In this document: positions 29,130 to 38,795 of the stretch, one piece after another | Numbering within the stretch: position 1 is the first letter of the stretch | Layout of the letters: each line of letters opens with the position of its first letter | Source: an uncultured bacterium | GTDB lineage: Bacteria > Oederibacteriota > Oederibacteriia > Oederibacteriales > Oederibacteriaceae | DNA length: 64,000 nucleotides | Direction of reading: 5' to 3' | Assembly: GCA_965112635.1 (NCBI GenBank) | Contig: OZ218778.1 | Location: forward strand, 1,696,001-1,760,000 | Translations under genes and position numbers: made by a program | Notes under the pieces: model-generated | The model's input: the letters and a program-made list of their open reading frames with translations, nothing else | Told to the model about the DNA's origin: nothing | Database searches by the model: none

Positions 29130-32015
29130 TTGAGTTCTGTTCAGGAACTGCTCAACGCTTTAAAGGCGAACGAGAAATACCAAAAGCAGATAGTCTGTTC
29201 CCAGCTTTTATCGGCTAAACCGGGCCAATACGGCCAGCTGAACCCGCCCTTGCCGGAGGCTTTACAAGATTGTCTTAATAAAAAGGATGTCCAGCGGCTC
29301 TATGCGCATCAGGTGAAGGCCATCTCTCTTTTACGGGAGGGAAAAAATGTAGGCGTGGTCACTCCTACCGCCAGCGGCAAGACCCTGATCTATAATTTAC
29401 CCCTCTTGGAAAAAGTTCTCCACGGAGAAGACCTGCATGCCTTGTACCTTTTCCCAACCAAAGCCCTGGAACAGGACCAAAAAAAATCCCTGCTGGAGCT
29501 GGCAGAGCCTCTGGGGGGGCTCCCGCCCGTAACGGTTGAAATATACGATGGGGATACTCCCAGCGCAGAGCGTGAAAAGATTCGCAAAAGCCCGCCTCTG
29601 GTCCTCCTGACCAATCCGGACATGGTCCATCTTGGGCTTCTGCCTCACCACAGCCAATGGGCCGGATTTTTTAAAAAGCTTAAATGGATCGTCATTGACG
29701 AGGTGCACACTTACCGGGGCATCTTCGGTTCCCATGTGTCCTTGGTGCTCAAACGCCTCTTGAGGTTGTGCCGGCATTATGGCGGCCAGCCGCAACTGCT
29801 GGCCTGTTCGGCGACCGTGGGAAAGCCAGGGGAGTTCCTGGAAAAGCTCACGGGGGAGGCATTTTCAGTCATCACGGAAAGCGGCGCCCCCCAGCCCCAG
29901 AGGACCTTTGTACTATGGAACCCCGAGTCCAGTCCTTATACCGAGGCCACCTCTTTGCTGGAAGAATGCCTGGAAAAAGACCTTAAGACCATAGTTTTTA
30001 CTAAATCCAGGAAGATCGCGGAACTCATCAGTTTATGGGTGAGGGAAAATCCCCAATGGGAACCTTTGGTGGAAAGCTACCGCGCCGGTTATCTGCCGGA
30101 AGAGAGGCGCGAGATCGAACGCCGGCTTTTCCAGAACGAGCTCAGGGGGGTCGTCTCCACGAGCGCCCTGGAAGTAGGGATCGATGTGGGCGGGCTGGAT
30201 GCCTGTCTATTGGTAGGGTTTCCCGGCACCATGATAAGTACCTGGCAGCGCGTGGGAAGGGTGGGGCGGCGGGAAAAGGAGGCTTTACTGGTTCTGATCG
30301 CTCTTCCAGACGCCCTGGACCAGTACTGGATGAGCCATCCCCAGGAGTTTTTCAAGCGCCCTCTTGAACAGATCGTGATCCATCCCGGCAATAAGATGGT
30401 TTTAGCCGGTCATCTGCTTTGCGCGGCCGCCGAGCTGCCTTTACAGCCGGAGGAGCCCCTGGCCGGGGGGGAGGCCAGGGAAGTGATAGCCCGTCTGGAG
30501 GCCGACAACAAGCTGGTGCGCTCGCAGGAATGGGAACGCTGGTTGTGCCTGGCCAAAAATCCCCATCAGGGCGTCAGCCTTCGCGGGATCGGGGATAATT
30601 TTCCCTTGATCGATTTTCAGACTGGCGAGATCCTGGGGTTCCAGGACAGCTCCCGGGCTTACCGGGAATGTTACGCGGGAGCGGTCTATATCCACCAGGG
30701 CGAAACTTATGAAGTGGTCAAGCTGGATTATGTCAACAAGGAGATATTCCTGAAACCCTTTGAGGGCGAATTTTACACCCAGCCCACCGTTTCGGAAGAG
30801 GTCGAGATCCTATCCGTCAAACACCAGCGGACCCTGGCCAGGGGCGGCCAGGGAGAGGTCAATCTATGCCTGGGCGAGGTACGGGTCACGGAAAAGGTAG
30901 TCTGCTATGAGAGGAGGTTGGTCGCGGACGGTTCCCTTATTTCAGAACATCAGCTGGCTTTGCCTCCCCAGATCTTCGAGACCGAAAGTGTTTGGTTGAG
31001 CCTGCCGGACGGGCTGGTGGATGAACTGATCAGGCAGGAGATGGATTCCTTGGGTTCCCTTCATGCGCTGGAACATGCCCTAATTGCCCTGATGCCGTTG
31101 TTCGCCATCTGCGACCGGTGGGATTTGGGCGGCATTTCCTACCTGATCCATTCCCAGACCAAGCGGCCGGTCATCTTCATCTATGACGGTTTTCCAGGCG
31201 GAGCGGGACTCACGGAGCGGGGCTACCTTGTGATGGAAGACCTCGTCCAAAAAGTGTTTGAACTTATACACCATTGCGCCTGTGAAAAAGGATGCCCCTC
31301 TTGCGTCCAATCCCCCAAGTGCGGGAACGGCAACAAACCCCTTTCTAAACACGGGGCCCAGCAACTGGCGGATTACGCCAGGACCGGGTCTTCAAGCTCA
31401 TCCGTCGCTGTGCCGCTCGTCCTGGAGAAAAAAGCTGAGGAAAAAGACCGGGATGATAAGGTGTCCCTGGACGACAAACGGGTCCTTTATTTTGACCTGG
31501 AGACCCAAAAGCTGGCCCAGGATGTGGGCGGCTGGAACAACATCCGTGACATGAAGCTGTCCGTCGGTATTGTCTTTGATTCGCTGGACAAGAAATATTC
31601 GTATTACGAAGAAAACCAGGTTCCCCAACTCATCGAAAAGCTGTGTGCCGCTGACCTGGTGGTAGGATTTAACATTAAAAGGTTCGATTATGAGGTTTTG
31701 CGGGGGTATGTTAATTTTGATTTCAATAATTTGCCCACCTTTGATATACTGGAACTGGTCCACAAACAGTTGGGTTTTAGATTGAAATTAGAGCACTTGG
31801 CCCAGTGTACCCTGCAGTCTGCCAAGGCGGGGGACGGTCTAAAAGCTGTGGAATGGTTCAGGCAGGGCCGGATGGACCTTATCAAGCAATATTGCGAAAT
31901 GGACGTGGCTTTGACCAGGGACCTTTTCCAGTTCGGCCTTAAAAACGGATATCTGCTGTTCAGGGACCAAAAAAGTCAGGAACTATTAAGGATGCCCTTT
32001 AAATTCAGATTGTAA
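29130..32015 (+). CDS. Hrq1/YprA(MrfA)-like DEAH helicase with DUF1998, fused to a YprB(MrfB)-like DEDD exonuclease
   Basis: TPTASGKT, DEVH, SAT, QRVGRVGR; YDGFPGGAG and CACEKGCPSC; C-terminal YFDLET, GFNIKRFD, YCEMDV. Confidence 0.9.
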   Translation: MSSVQELLNALKANEKYQKQIVCSQLLSAKPGQYGQLNPPLPEALQDCLNKKDVQRLYAHQVKAISLLREGKNVGVVTPTASGKTLIYNLPLLEKVLHGEDLHALYLFPTKALEQDQKKSLLELAEPLGGLPPVTVEIYDGDTPSAEREKIRKSPPLVLLTNPDMVHLGLLPHHSQWAGFFKKLKWIVIDEVHTYRGIFGSHVSLVLKRLLRLCRHYGGQPQLLACSATVGKPGEFLEKLTGEAFSVITESGAPQPQRTFVLWNPESSPYTEATSLLEECLEKDLKTIVFTKSRKIAELISLWVRENPQWEPLVESYRAGYLPEERREIERRLFQNELRGVVSTSALEVGIDVGGLDACLLVGFPGTMISTWQRVGRVGRREKEALLVLIALPDALDQYWMSHPQEFFKRPLEQIVIHPGNKMVLAGHLLCAAAELPLQPEEPLAGGEAREVIARLEADNKLVRSQEWERWLCLAKNPHQGVSLRGIGDNFPLIDFQTGEILGFQDSSRAYRECYAGAVYIHQGETYEVVKLDYVNKEIFLKPFEGEFYTQPTVSEEVEILSVKHQRTLARGGQGEVNLCLGEVRVTEKVVCYERRLVADGSLISEHQLALPPQIFETESVWLSLPDGLVDELIRQEMDSLGSLHALEHALIALMPLFAICDRWDLGGISYLIHSQTKRPVIFIYDGFPGGAGLTERGYLVMEDLVQKVFELIHHCACEKGCPSCVQSPKCGNGNKPLSKHGAQQLADYARTGSSSSSVAVPLVLEKKAEEKDRDDKVSLDDKRVLYFDLETQKLAQDVGGWNNIRDMKLSVGIVFDSLDKKYSYYEENQVPQLIEKLCAADLVVGFNIKRFDYEVLRGYVNFDFNNLPTFDILELVHKQLGFRLKLEHLAQCTLQSAKAGDGLKAVEWFRQGRMDLIKQYCEMDVALTRDLFQFGLKNGYLLFRDQKSQELLRMPFKFRL

Positions 32016-32057
32016 AGATTGCCATTCATTGATTACTCCTTGAAAGGAGACGTTGGG

Positions 32058-32348
32058 ATGACCAGAGCGGATTTGATACAAGCGACGGCGAAAGCCATCA
32101 ATGTTTCAACCAAAGACGCCCAGACCGTGGTGGTCACTTTTTTCAAAACCTTGGAGGCGGCCCTAGCCAGGGGAGAGACCGTTGAGCTGAGGGGATTGGG
32201 CACTTTTGGGATCAAGGTCCGCAAAGCCAGCGTGGGCAGGAACGTCCGGACCGGAGAGGTCATCCCGGTTTCTTCCCATGCCAAGGTCTTTTTCAGGCTC
32301 GGCAGAGAACTCAAGAAGAACGCCTCTAAAATTGTCCAACCTTTCTAA
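32058..32348 (+). CDS. HU/IHF-family nucleoid-associated protein
   Basis: MTRADLI, GETVELRGLGTF, GRNVRTGE; start 32058 (GGAG SD). Confidence 0.9.
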   Translation: MTRADLIQATAKAINVSTKDAQTVVVTFFKTLEAALARGETVELRGLGTFGIKVRKASVGRNVRTGEVIPVSSHAKVFFRLGRELKKNASKIVQPF

Positions 32349-32360
32349 AAAGTTCCTCGC

Positions 32361-35018
32361 GTGAATCCCGGAGCGGCTCCACCCGCAAACCACAAGGCGC
32401 ATTTTTGGCTCTCTATTCTGTTCTTTCTTTGGACCGGAACATTAGGGGCATTTTATTTCCATTACCATCCTCTGGATCCCAAGTATTTTCAGTATGTCGT
32501 CATTCCATTCCAATCCATTTCTTTTTCCTGGGACGCTTTCCAGCAGACTTGGGCTAACCAGCTGGGCTCTCTTTTGCTTTTGGCGTTCCTCCTCGTCCTG
32601 TCCGCCGGGCTGGGCAAAAAAATATTTGATTTTTTATCCCTGAGGTTCTCTCCCAAGCAGGAGATGGTGCTGGCGACCTGCGCCGGGCTGTTCGTCATTT
32701 CTCAGATCGTTCTGGGCGCCGGATTGTGCGGGCTCTATTTTTCCCTCCTTTTCTACGGTATCTGCTTCGGCCTGCTCCTTTACATAGCCGGCCCTTACCC
32801 AAGGCCTTTCCTCTGGCTGGGGGAATGGTGGCGGGCGTTCAAAACAGAACCTAAACCAGCCTTATCCTGGTTTGAGCTGGGCCTCAAGGCCGTATTCCTC
32901 CTGACCCTGATCATCGGGTTGGGCGCCACGTTCGCTCCTGAATTCGGCTGGGACCCGATGATTTACCATTTGCGCGTCCCTTCCCATTACGCGCAGGGCC
33001 ACGGCATCTTTAATATTCCCCAGATCGCGCATTCTTATTTTCCTTTTAATATGGAAATGCTTTACACGCTTGGTTTCCTCCTCAAGGGGGAGACTCTGTC
33101 CAAACTGATCAATTTTTCCATGGGCCTTTTGACCGTCTGGCTTCTCTACCTTTTTTGCCTCCAGCTTGATCCCGCACCTGCCACCACTGGATCCCCAGGG
33201 CCTTCCCGCAGAGCGGGGTGGTTTTGTCTGGCCTTGGTGTATACCACCCCGGTCTTTGTGATCCTGACCACGCAAGCCTATGTCGACGTGGAGGTCTGCT
33301 TGTTCCTGTTCTTATGCCTGTGGATGCTGCTGAAAATCGGGGAGGCCAAGGACAGCCGCAGGTTTGACGGGTTGATCTGCCTAATGTCGCTTTTTGGGGC
33401 CGCCCTGCTGGGGTTGAAATATTCGGGCATCGTTTATATCTTCCTGTTGGGGGTGATCTTAGGCTGGCTGTTGTGGTCCAAGACCGGCAAGCCGGGTCAT
33501 GCCGCCAGGGCCGTTCTCTGGTTCTGGCTATTCACCTTTATATTGTTTCTGCCTTGGCTAATCAAGGATTTTGTCCTGACGGGCAATCCGGTGTATCCTT
33601 TGTTCGCCAAGTGGTTCAAGGAAACGGGTTTCAATCCCTATTTTTCCAATGCCCTGGCTGAGAAGGTCATTCCTTATGCCGCACCGATGAAGTTGATGGA
33701 CCGGGTGGCCTATATCCTTCATTTTGCCAAGGACTTGTTGATCAAGGGGCAGGAGGTAGGAACTGTCTCCGTCCTCTACTTGGTCTTCCTGCCCGTCTTG
33801 TTCTTTTATTGGAAACAAAGGCCCGGGATCCTGAATTGGGCCTTGGTCTTCCTGGGGTTTGGGATCATCGCGGGCAATTCCTCGGTTCTGGATATCCGAT
33901 ATTTCATGCCCCTGATGGTGGTCTTGAGCGTTACTTTTTCTTGGGCAGTGGAACGGTTCTTGTCAGGGGAACATTTCATTACGAAGTCGATAAAAATTAT
34001 GATCTTGATCCTTCTGCTTGGGCAAACCCTGGAGTTCACCCAGACCGTGACACAGAACTATAATCCCTGGGCCGTTTCCACGGGGTTTCAAAAGCCTTCC
34101 GACTTTATCGGCAGACAGACCATTCCGCGGTTCTTTTATTACCAGATGGGGGAATATGTCAACTCCCATCTTCCAGGGAACAGCAGATTCGTCATGCTTG
34201 GCGACATCATGACCTATTATTACGAGAGGCTGGGCGTGTTCGATTACCAGTGGATCACCCCTTCTGTCTGGACCCGGGTGCTGCAGGGTTCCCGGACCGA
34301 AGAAGAAATGTACCGGCGTCTCAGGCGGTTGGGCATCACCCACGTGGTTTACAACCAGCCCAAAGCTTATTCCATGCAGTTCTCCAAGATAGGCTGGGAA
34401 TGGGAGGAGCAGGACCAGGCCGCTTACTGCAACCTCTGGGCCCGGCGCATGAGCAAGGTGGCGTCATTTGGCCCCATGTATCTTTATGCGTTGAACCCGC
34501 CGGACCATCTGAACGATCCCCGCGAACCTTTGACCGTGCTACCGGCCATGGAGGAGCAGTGGCTGATCCGCGCTGACCAGCTGCTGAGGAGCAATAAAAG
34601 CAAAGAGGGGGTGGAACAGGCGATGGGGGTCTATAAGGAAATACTCAAAATGGCTCCCAACCTGGCCTCAGCCCACGCGGGCCTAGGCATCGCTTACCTA
34701 AATTTAGGCAAGATCGCCAAAGCCGGCGGCGAGTTAGATTACGCCTACAAGACCGGGTTTGCCAGCGTGCCTTTGTATCAGGGCCTGGCCTATATAGAGG
34801 GTGAACGCAAGGATTTTCACAAAGCTCTGGATTACCAGTTGGAGGCCGCGCAGTTGGATCCCTTTGACGCCCAGATCGTGAAAAATCTGGCCGGGGTGTA
34901 TTACCAGCTGGGGGATCTCAGGCAGGCTTACCAGTATTTCCAGCGCGCTTTGTCCATGAATCCCGCAGACCAGGAGATTCCCCGTTATCTCCAAAAAATA
35001 GCCTCTCAAATGCGGTGA
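32361..35018 (+). CDS. GT-C-fold membrane glycosyltransferase-like protein with C-terminal TPRs
   Basis: Many TM helices; WDPMIYHL..P..Y, YVD, KYSG, TGNPVYP; C-terminal TPRs (NLAGVYYQLG...ALSMNP). Confidence 0.72.
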   Translation: MNPGAAPPANHKAHFWLSILFFLWTGTLGAFYFHYHPLDPKYFQYVVIPFQSISFSWDAFQQTWANQLGSLLLLAFLLVLSAGLGKKIFDFLSLRFSPKQEMVLATCAGLFVISQIVLGAGLCGLYFSLLFYGICFGLLLYIAGPYPRPFLWLGEWWRAFKTEPKPALSWFELGLKAVFLLTLIIGLGATFAPEFGWDPMIYHLRVPSHYAQGHGIFNIPQIAHSYFPFNMEMLYTLGFLLKGETLSKLINFSMGLLTVWLLYLFCLQLDPAPATTGSPGPSRRAGWFCLALVYTTPVFVILTTQAYVDVEVCLFLFLCLWMLLKIGEAKDSRRFDGLICLMSLFGAALLGLKYSGIVYIFLLGVILGWLLWSKTGKPGHAARAVLWFWLFTFILFLPWLIKDFVLTGNPVYPLFAKWFKETGFNPYFSNALAEKVIPYAAPMKLMDRVAYILHFAKDLLIKGQEVGTVSVLYLVFLPVLFFYWKQRPGILNWALVFLGFGIIAGNSSVLDIRYFMPLMVVLSVTFSWAVERFLSGEHFITKSIKIMILILLLGQTLEFTQTVTQNYNPWAVSTGFQKPSDFIGRQTIPRFFYYQMGEYVNSHLPGNSRFVMLGDIMTYYYERLGVFDYQWITPSVWTRVLQGSRTEEEMYRRLRRLGITHVVYNQPKAYSMQFSKIGWEWEEQDQAAYCNLWARRMSKVASFGPMYLYALNPPDHLNDPREPLTVLPAMEEQWLIRADQLLRSNKSKEGVEQAMGVYKEILKMAPNLASAHAGLGIAYLNLGKIAKAGGELDYAYKTGFASVPLYQGLAYIEGERKDFHKALDYQLEAAQLDPFDAQIVKNLAGVYYQLGDLRQAYQYFQRALSMNPADQEIPRYLQKIASQMR

Positions 35019-35067
35019 CCTGTTGCGTTGCTTGGAGAAGGGCGGAAGGCCGGGGATGGGCTTTTCT

Positions 35068-36921
35068 TTACCGTACTGAAATGATAGGGAAGTAGAGCTT
35101 GTTTTCCTGCCTTTTCCACCAGCATTGCTCGGCCCGTTTTTCTTCATAAGTGGAAAAGCGGTAGTCATACAGTGCGGCGCGAATATGCCGGGGCGGAGCG
35201 TCCTTGAACGGATTTTCTCGCAGCAGGCCCACGACCTCGGGTGAGTCGTCCAAAAGCCTCAGGCAAAGGTTGACCAGCCAAGGATTTTTGGAGGCGTCGC
35301 TCTGGGCGGCGTACCAGACCAACCAGTCTAACCTCACCGGTGAAAAAAAGGTCGGGCCTCCGATCCTGGAAGGATCCCCGGGTTTGTAGAGGAATTCATA
35401 GGTGTACCATAGGCTGCGGTTGCGGCTTCCCTGGATCAAGACCTCGCGCCTTGTCCGGGGAACGACCGGAAAGTTGTCGTAACTGTTGATGGAGTGAAAG
35501 GGCGCCGTGAGGTTCAGTGTTTTGATCAGCGGGGCAGGCAAGCTCCATCCAGGCAGGAGGACCGTCAGAACCTCAAGGCCGCTTACCCATAAAATAACGG
35601 CCGTCAGGATAGCAATGGCCCACCTGGGCCATCTCTTGGAAATGTTATCCGAAGCCGCGGTTTTCTTGCTTGTTTTGAGGGTCCCCAAAGACAGATGCCA
35701 GGGGTCGGGGAAGACCGCGTCATCCACCAAGAAAAGGCAGAGCCCCAGGCCGAGCAGGCAAAAAAAGGAATAGTTACCCGTAAGCATGGTCGCCACCAGA
35801 TATCCCGCGAAAGCTCCGCAGGTCCACAGACGCTGGCGCCTGGGTCCGAAGACCAGGAACGGCATCGCCACCTCGATGACCAGCATCAGGAAGTTCAAAA
35901 ATCCCAGCAGCCAGGCAGGGAGCAGGTGGCACCACCAGGCCAGGACTGTGGGAAGAGGCTGCGTTTCCAAATAGTAGCTTAGGCCTGTGAGGTTCCTCCA
36001 GGCCGGATCCGGACTTAAGAGTTTGGACAAGCCTAGAGTGAAGAAAAACCTGAACAAAAGCCAGCGGAACAGCCAGACCACGGTCCGCGGCGGCCTAGGA
36101 TTAGAAAAGGTGCTGGCCGGCAGGGTGAGGTTGCCCAAAAAAATGGCCAGGAAGCCAGCTTCCAAAAGCAGGTTGTCCCAGGGCATGACCAAAAAACCCC
36201 CGCCCGCGACGACCAGGGAAAGATAAAGTCCCCAGAGGATAAAAAGGAGCAGGGACGAGGCGTATCCCACCACAAGGGCTAGGGAAAGAAAAGCCCCCAA
36301 GTTGCAGAGGACCTGGATGACGGTGTCATTGGCGGAGAACCAGAGGAAGGTCGGCAGCAGGCGGTAGCCGGTGAAACCCAGGTTGGCGTGAACAGCTTTT
36401 AAAAAGCTTTCCACGGGGAGGACGCCTGAGCTTCCCAGAAGCCCATTGGTTTCCTGGGACAGGGACACAAAGGCGATCAAGTAAATGAACCCCAGGAAGA
36501 CAAGGAAGATCGAGGATGAAAAACGGTAGGTGGGAGGTTCGACCTGCCGGCCATGGAAAAAGGCATAATAGTGGGTCAGCACCTGGCGGTGTTTAGAATA
36601 AAAGTCCAGGACTTTATCCCTCAGGGTCGCGAAAAAAGGCAGGTTGCGGTAGATCCAGAGGACCGTTTTCTTTTCCGGGAGATAGGCCAGGAGGCGCGTG
36701 ATCGCAGTGGCTCCGCTGGTCATCTCGTGGTTGAGGTCCACAAAATGGAACAGGGACGATTGCAGGTCTTTGGGCGACAGGTTGGGGAAATATTCGGCGG
36801 CTCTTTGATAAGGTTCGTAATCGATCTTATCGCCGGTCAGAGCTTTCCAGCCGGCGACCAGGCGCAGGCAATAACGACTGTCGCCATCATAGACCAAGAG
36901 GGGTTTGGACAGGGTTTTCAT
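35068..36921 (-). CDS. Lipase maturation factor (LMF) family protein with N-terminal DCC1-like domain
   Basis: YDGDSRYC; GFIYLIAF.SL, WD.LLLEAGFL, ETQPLP, Y.F.YKPGD, RLDW..W.AA. Confidence 0.88.
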   Translation of the reverse strand: MKTLSKPLLVYDGDSRYCLRLVAGWKALTGDKIDYEPYQRAAEYFPNLSPKDLQSSLFHFVDLNHEMTSGATAITRLLAYLPEKKTVLWIYRNLPFFATLRDKVLDFYSKHRQVLTHYYAFFHGRQVEPPTYRFSSSIFLVFLGFIYLIAFVSLSQETNGLLGSSGVLPVESFLKAVHANLGFTGYRLLPTFLWFSANDTVIQVLCNLGAFLSLALVVGYASSLLLFILWGLYLSLVVAGGGFLVMPWDNLLLEAGFLAIFLGNLTLPASTFSNPRPPRTVVWLFRWLLFRFFFTLGLSKLLSPDPAWRNLTGLSYYLETQPLPTVLAWWCHLLPAWLLGFLNFLMLVIEVAMPFLVFGPRRQRLWTCGAFAGYLVATMLTGNYSFFCLLGLGLCLFLVDDAVFPDPWHLSLGTLKTSKKTAASDNISKRWPRWAIAILTAVILWVSGLEVLTVLLPGWSLPAPLIKTLNLTAPFHSINSYDNFPVVPRTRREVLIQGSRNRSLWYTYEFLYKPGDPSRIGGPTFFSPVRLDWLVWYAAQSDASKNPWLVNLCLRLLDDSPEVVGLLRENPFKDAPPRHIRAALYDYRFSTYEEKRAEQCWWKRQENKLYFPIISVR

Positions 36922-37016
36922 AGTTCTATTGTACTGTAAAACTGGTGGTAGGGCTAAAACTTTACGAACAGCCGGACAGGCCTATTCAGGCTTATTTAAA
37001 AGGGTAATCCCGGGTT

Positions 37017-37262
37017 TCAGTTGCGGCTGGCCTCTTTGTTGAGTTTTTCCACCAAATATTCCCAACGGGTCGTGATATAGCGCAGATTGTCCTTGGCCAG
37101 GGATGACTGGCCTGAAAAAGGGTCGATCGCATATTCTTTACCCAGCTGCCAGTCCAAGTGTCTTTCCCTGCACCAAGCCACCGCTTCTTTATACCAGGAA
37201 GGGTCATAGAGGAGCTTGGTCCTAAGTTCTTTTAGTATTTCCAGCGAATTCCGTTCTTCCAT
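37017..37262 (-). CDS. Small hypothetical protein (81 aa)
   Basis: ATG with GGGAG SD, preceded by an ECF-type promoter. Confidence 0.6.
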   Translation of the reverse strand: MEERNSLEILKELRTKLLYDPSWYKEAVAWCRERHLDWQLGKEYAIDPFSGQSSLAKDNLRYITTRWEYLVEKLNKEASRN

Positions 37263-37301
37263 GGAACGCTCCCATCTAAATTAATGTTGATATGCGTAAA
37301 G

Positions 37302-37329
37302 TTAGACAAATAAAAGCCAAAAAAGTTCC
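37302..37329 (-). promoter_or_regulatory. SigmaE/ECF-type promoter
   Basis: Minus strand GGAACTTTTTTGGCTTTTATTTGTCTAA (GGAAC-N17-GTCTAA). Confidence 0.6.
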
Positions 37330-37387
37330 ATTTTTTACACTATTTTTTGTCGTAAAGAGGGGTCAAAAAGAGTCAGTATCGCTGTAA

Positions 37388-38788
37388 TTACAAGCCCGGA
37401 CGGGTCATTTTTTCCGGTCTGACCCATTGGTCGAACTGCTTTTCCGTCACCAATCCCAGGGCCACAGCGGCCTCTTTGAGGGTCAAGCCGCTTTGAAGGG
37501 CTTTTTTGGCTATTTTAGCGGCGTGGTCATAGCCGATATGGGGGGCAAGGGCTGTGGCCAGCATCAAGCTGCGGCTGGTCAGCTCTTTCATCCGCTTGGG
37601 GTTGGGTTTGATCCCTTTGGCGCAAAAATCGTTGAAATCCTCCATGGCCTGGCTTAAGAGCTTGGCTGAACCCAGGTAGTTATGGATGATCAAAGGCTTG
37701 TTCACATTGAGCTCAAAATTGCCGCTGGCGCCGGCCAAGGTGACGGCCGTGTCATTTCCCAGCACCTGGGTGCAGACCATAAGCATGGCTTCGCACTGGG
37801 TCGGGTTGACCTTACCGGGCATAATGGAGGAGCCCGGCTCGTTGTCAGGGATGGAAATCTCTCCCAGTCCCGCCCGGGGGCCAGAAGCCAGCCAACGGAT
37901 GTCATTGGCTATTTTCATCAGGGAGCAGGCCAGGGTCTTGATGGCCGCGTGGCTGAAGACCAGGCTGTCGTGGCAGGCCAGGGCCTCGAACTTATTGGGA
38001 GCGGTCTTAAAAGGCAGCCGGGTCAGTTGGCTGATTCTTTTAGCCACTTTGACTGCAAATTTGGGATGGGTGTTGAGCCCGGTGCCGACAGCGGTCCCGC
38101 CCAGGGCCAGTTCCAAGAGATGCTTTTGCGTCATCCTTAACCGTTCCATATCCTTGGACAGCTGATGAGCCCAGCCGGAGATTTCCTGTCCCAGGGTTAG
38201 AGGCACGGCGTCCATCAGGTGCGTCCGGCCTATCTTGAGGACATTTTTGTAGGCCCTGGATTTGGCCTCCAATGTTTTCTGAAGCTTGGCAACCGCGGGC
38301 AGGAGTTGGTGGACCAGGACGTCCATCGCGGCAATGTGCATGGCAGTCGGGAAGGTGTCGTTGCTGCTCTGGCTTTTATTGACATCATCGTTGGGGTGGA
38401 TGGGTTTTTTACTGCCCTTGATACCATGAGCCAACTCGATGGCGCGGTTGCTGATGACCTCGTTGACATTCATATTGCTCTGGGTGCCGGAACCAGTTTG
38501 CCAGACTACGAGAGGAAAATGGCTTTTCAGCTTACCGCTGATGACCTCGTCGCAGGCTTTGCTGATGAGACGGGCTTTGTCCGAGGTTAAGAGGCCCAGT
38601 TCCTGGTTGGTCAGGCAGACCGCTTTTTTGAGGATGCCGAAGGCTCTTATCATTTCCGGAGCCAAGACATCTTTGTCTGCGCCGGCCCTGAAATGCCGCA
38701 GGGAACGCTGGGTTTGGGCTCCCCAGTATCGATCGCTGGGGACCATGACTGAGCCCATACTGTCTGTTTCTTTCCTGAATACGGGCAT
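37388..38788 (-). CDS. fumC: Class II fumarate hydratase
   Basis: [37 protein letters not shown]; start at MPVFR (38788). Confidence 0.97.
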   Translation of the reverse strand: MPVFRKETDSMGSVMVPSDRYWGAQTQRSLRHFRAGADKDVLAPEMIRAFGILKKAVCLTNQELGLLTSDKARLISKACDEVISGKLKSHFPLVVWQTGSGTQSNMNVNEVISNRAIELAHGIKGSKKPIHPNDDVNKSQSSNDTFPTAMHIAAMDVLVHQLLPAVAKLQKTLEAKSRAYKNVLKIGRTHLMDAVPLTLGQEISGWAHQLSKDMERLRMTQKHLLELALGGTAVGTGLNTHPKFAVKVAKRISQLTRLPFKTAPNKFEALACHDSLVFSHAAIKTLACSLMKIANDIRWLASGPRAGLGEISIPDNEPGSSIMPGKVNPTQCEAMLMVCTQVLGNDTAVTLAGASGNFELNVNKPLIIHNYLGSAKLLSQAMEDFNDFCAKGIKPNPKRMKELTSRSLMLATALAPHIGYDHAAKIAKKALQSGLTLKEAAVALGLVTEKQFDQWVRPEKMTRPGL

Positions 38789-38795
38789 TGATCTC

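Noticed and set aside
29130-32015. DISARM/Druantia defence system suggested by the DUF1998 helicase
   Set aside because: No methylase, DrmA/DrmC or other defence genes adjacent; the MrfB-like fusion points to DNA repair.
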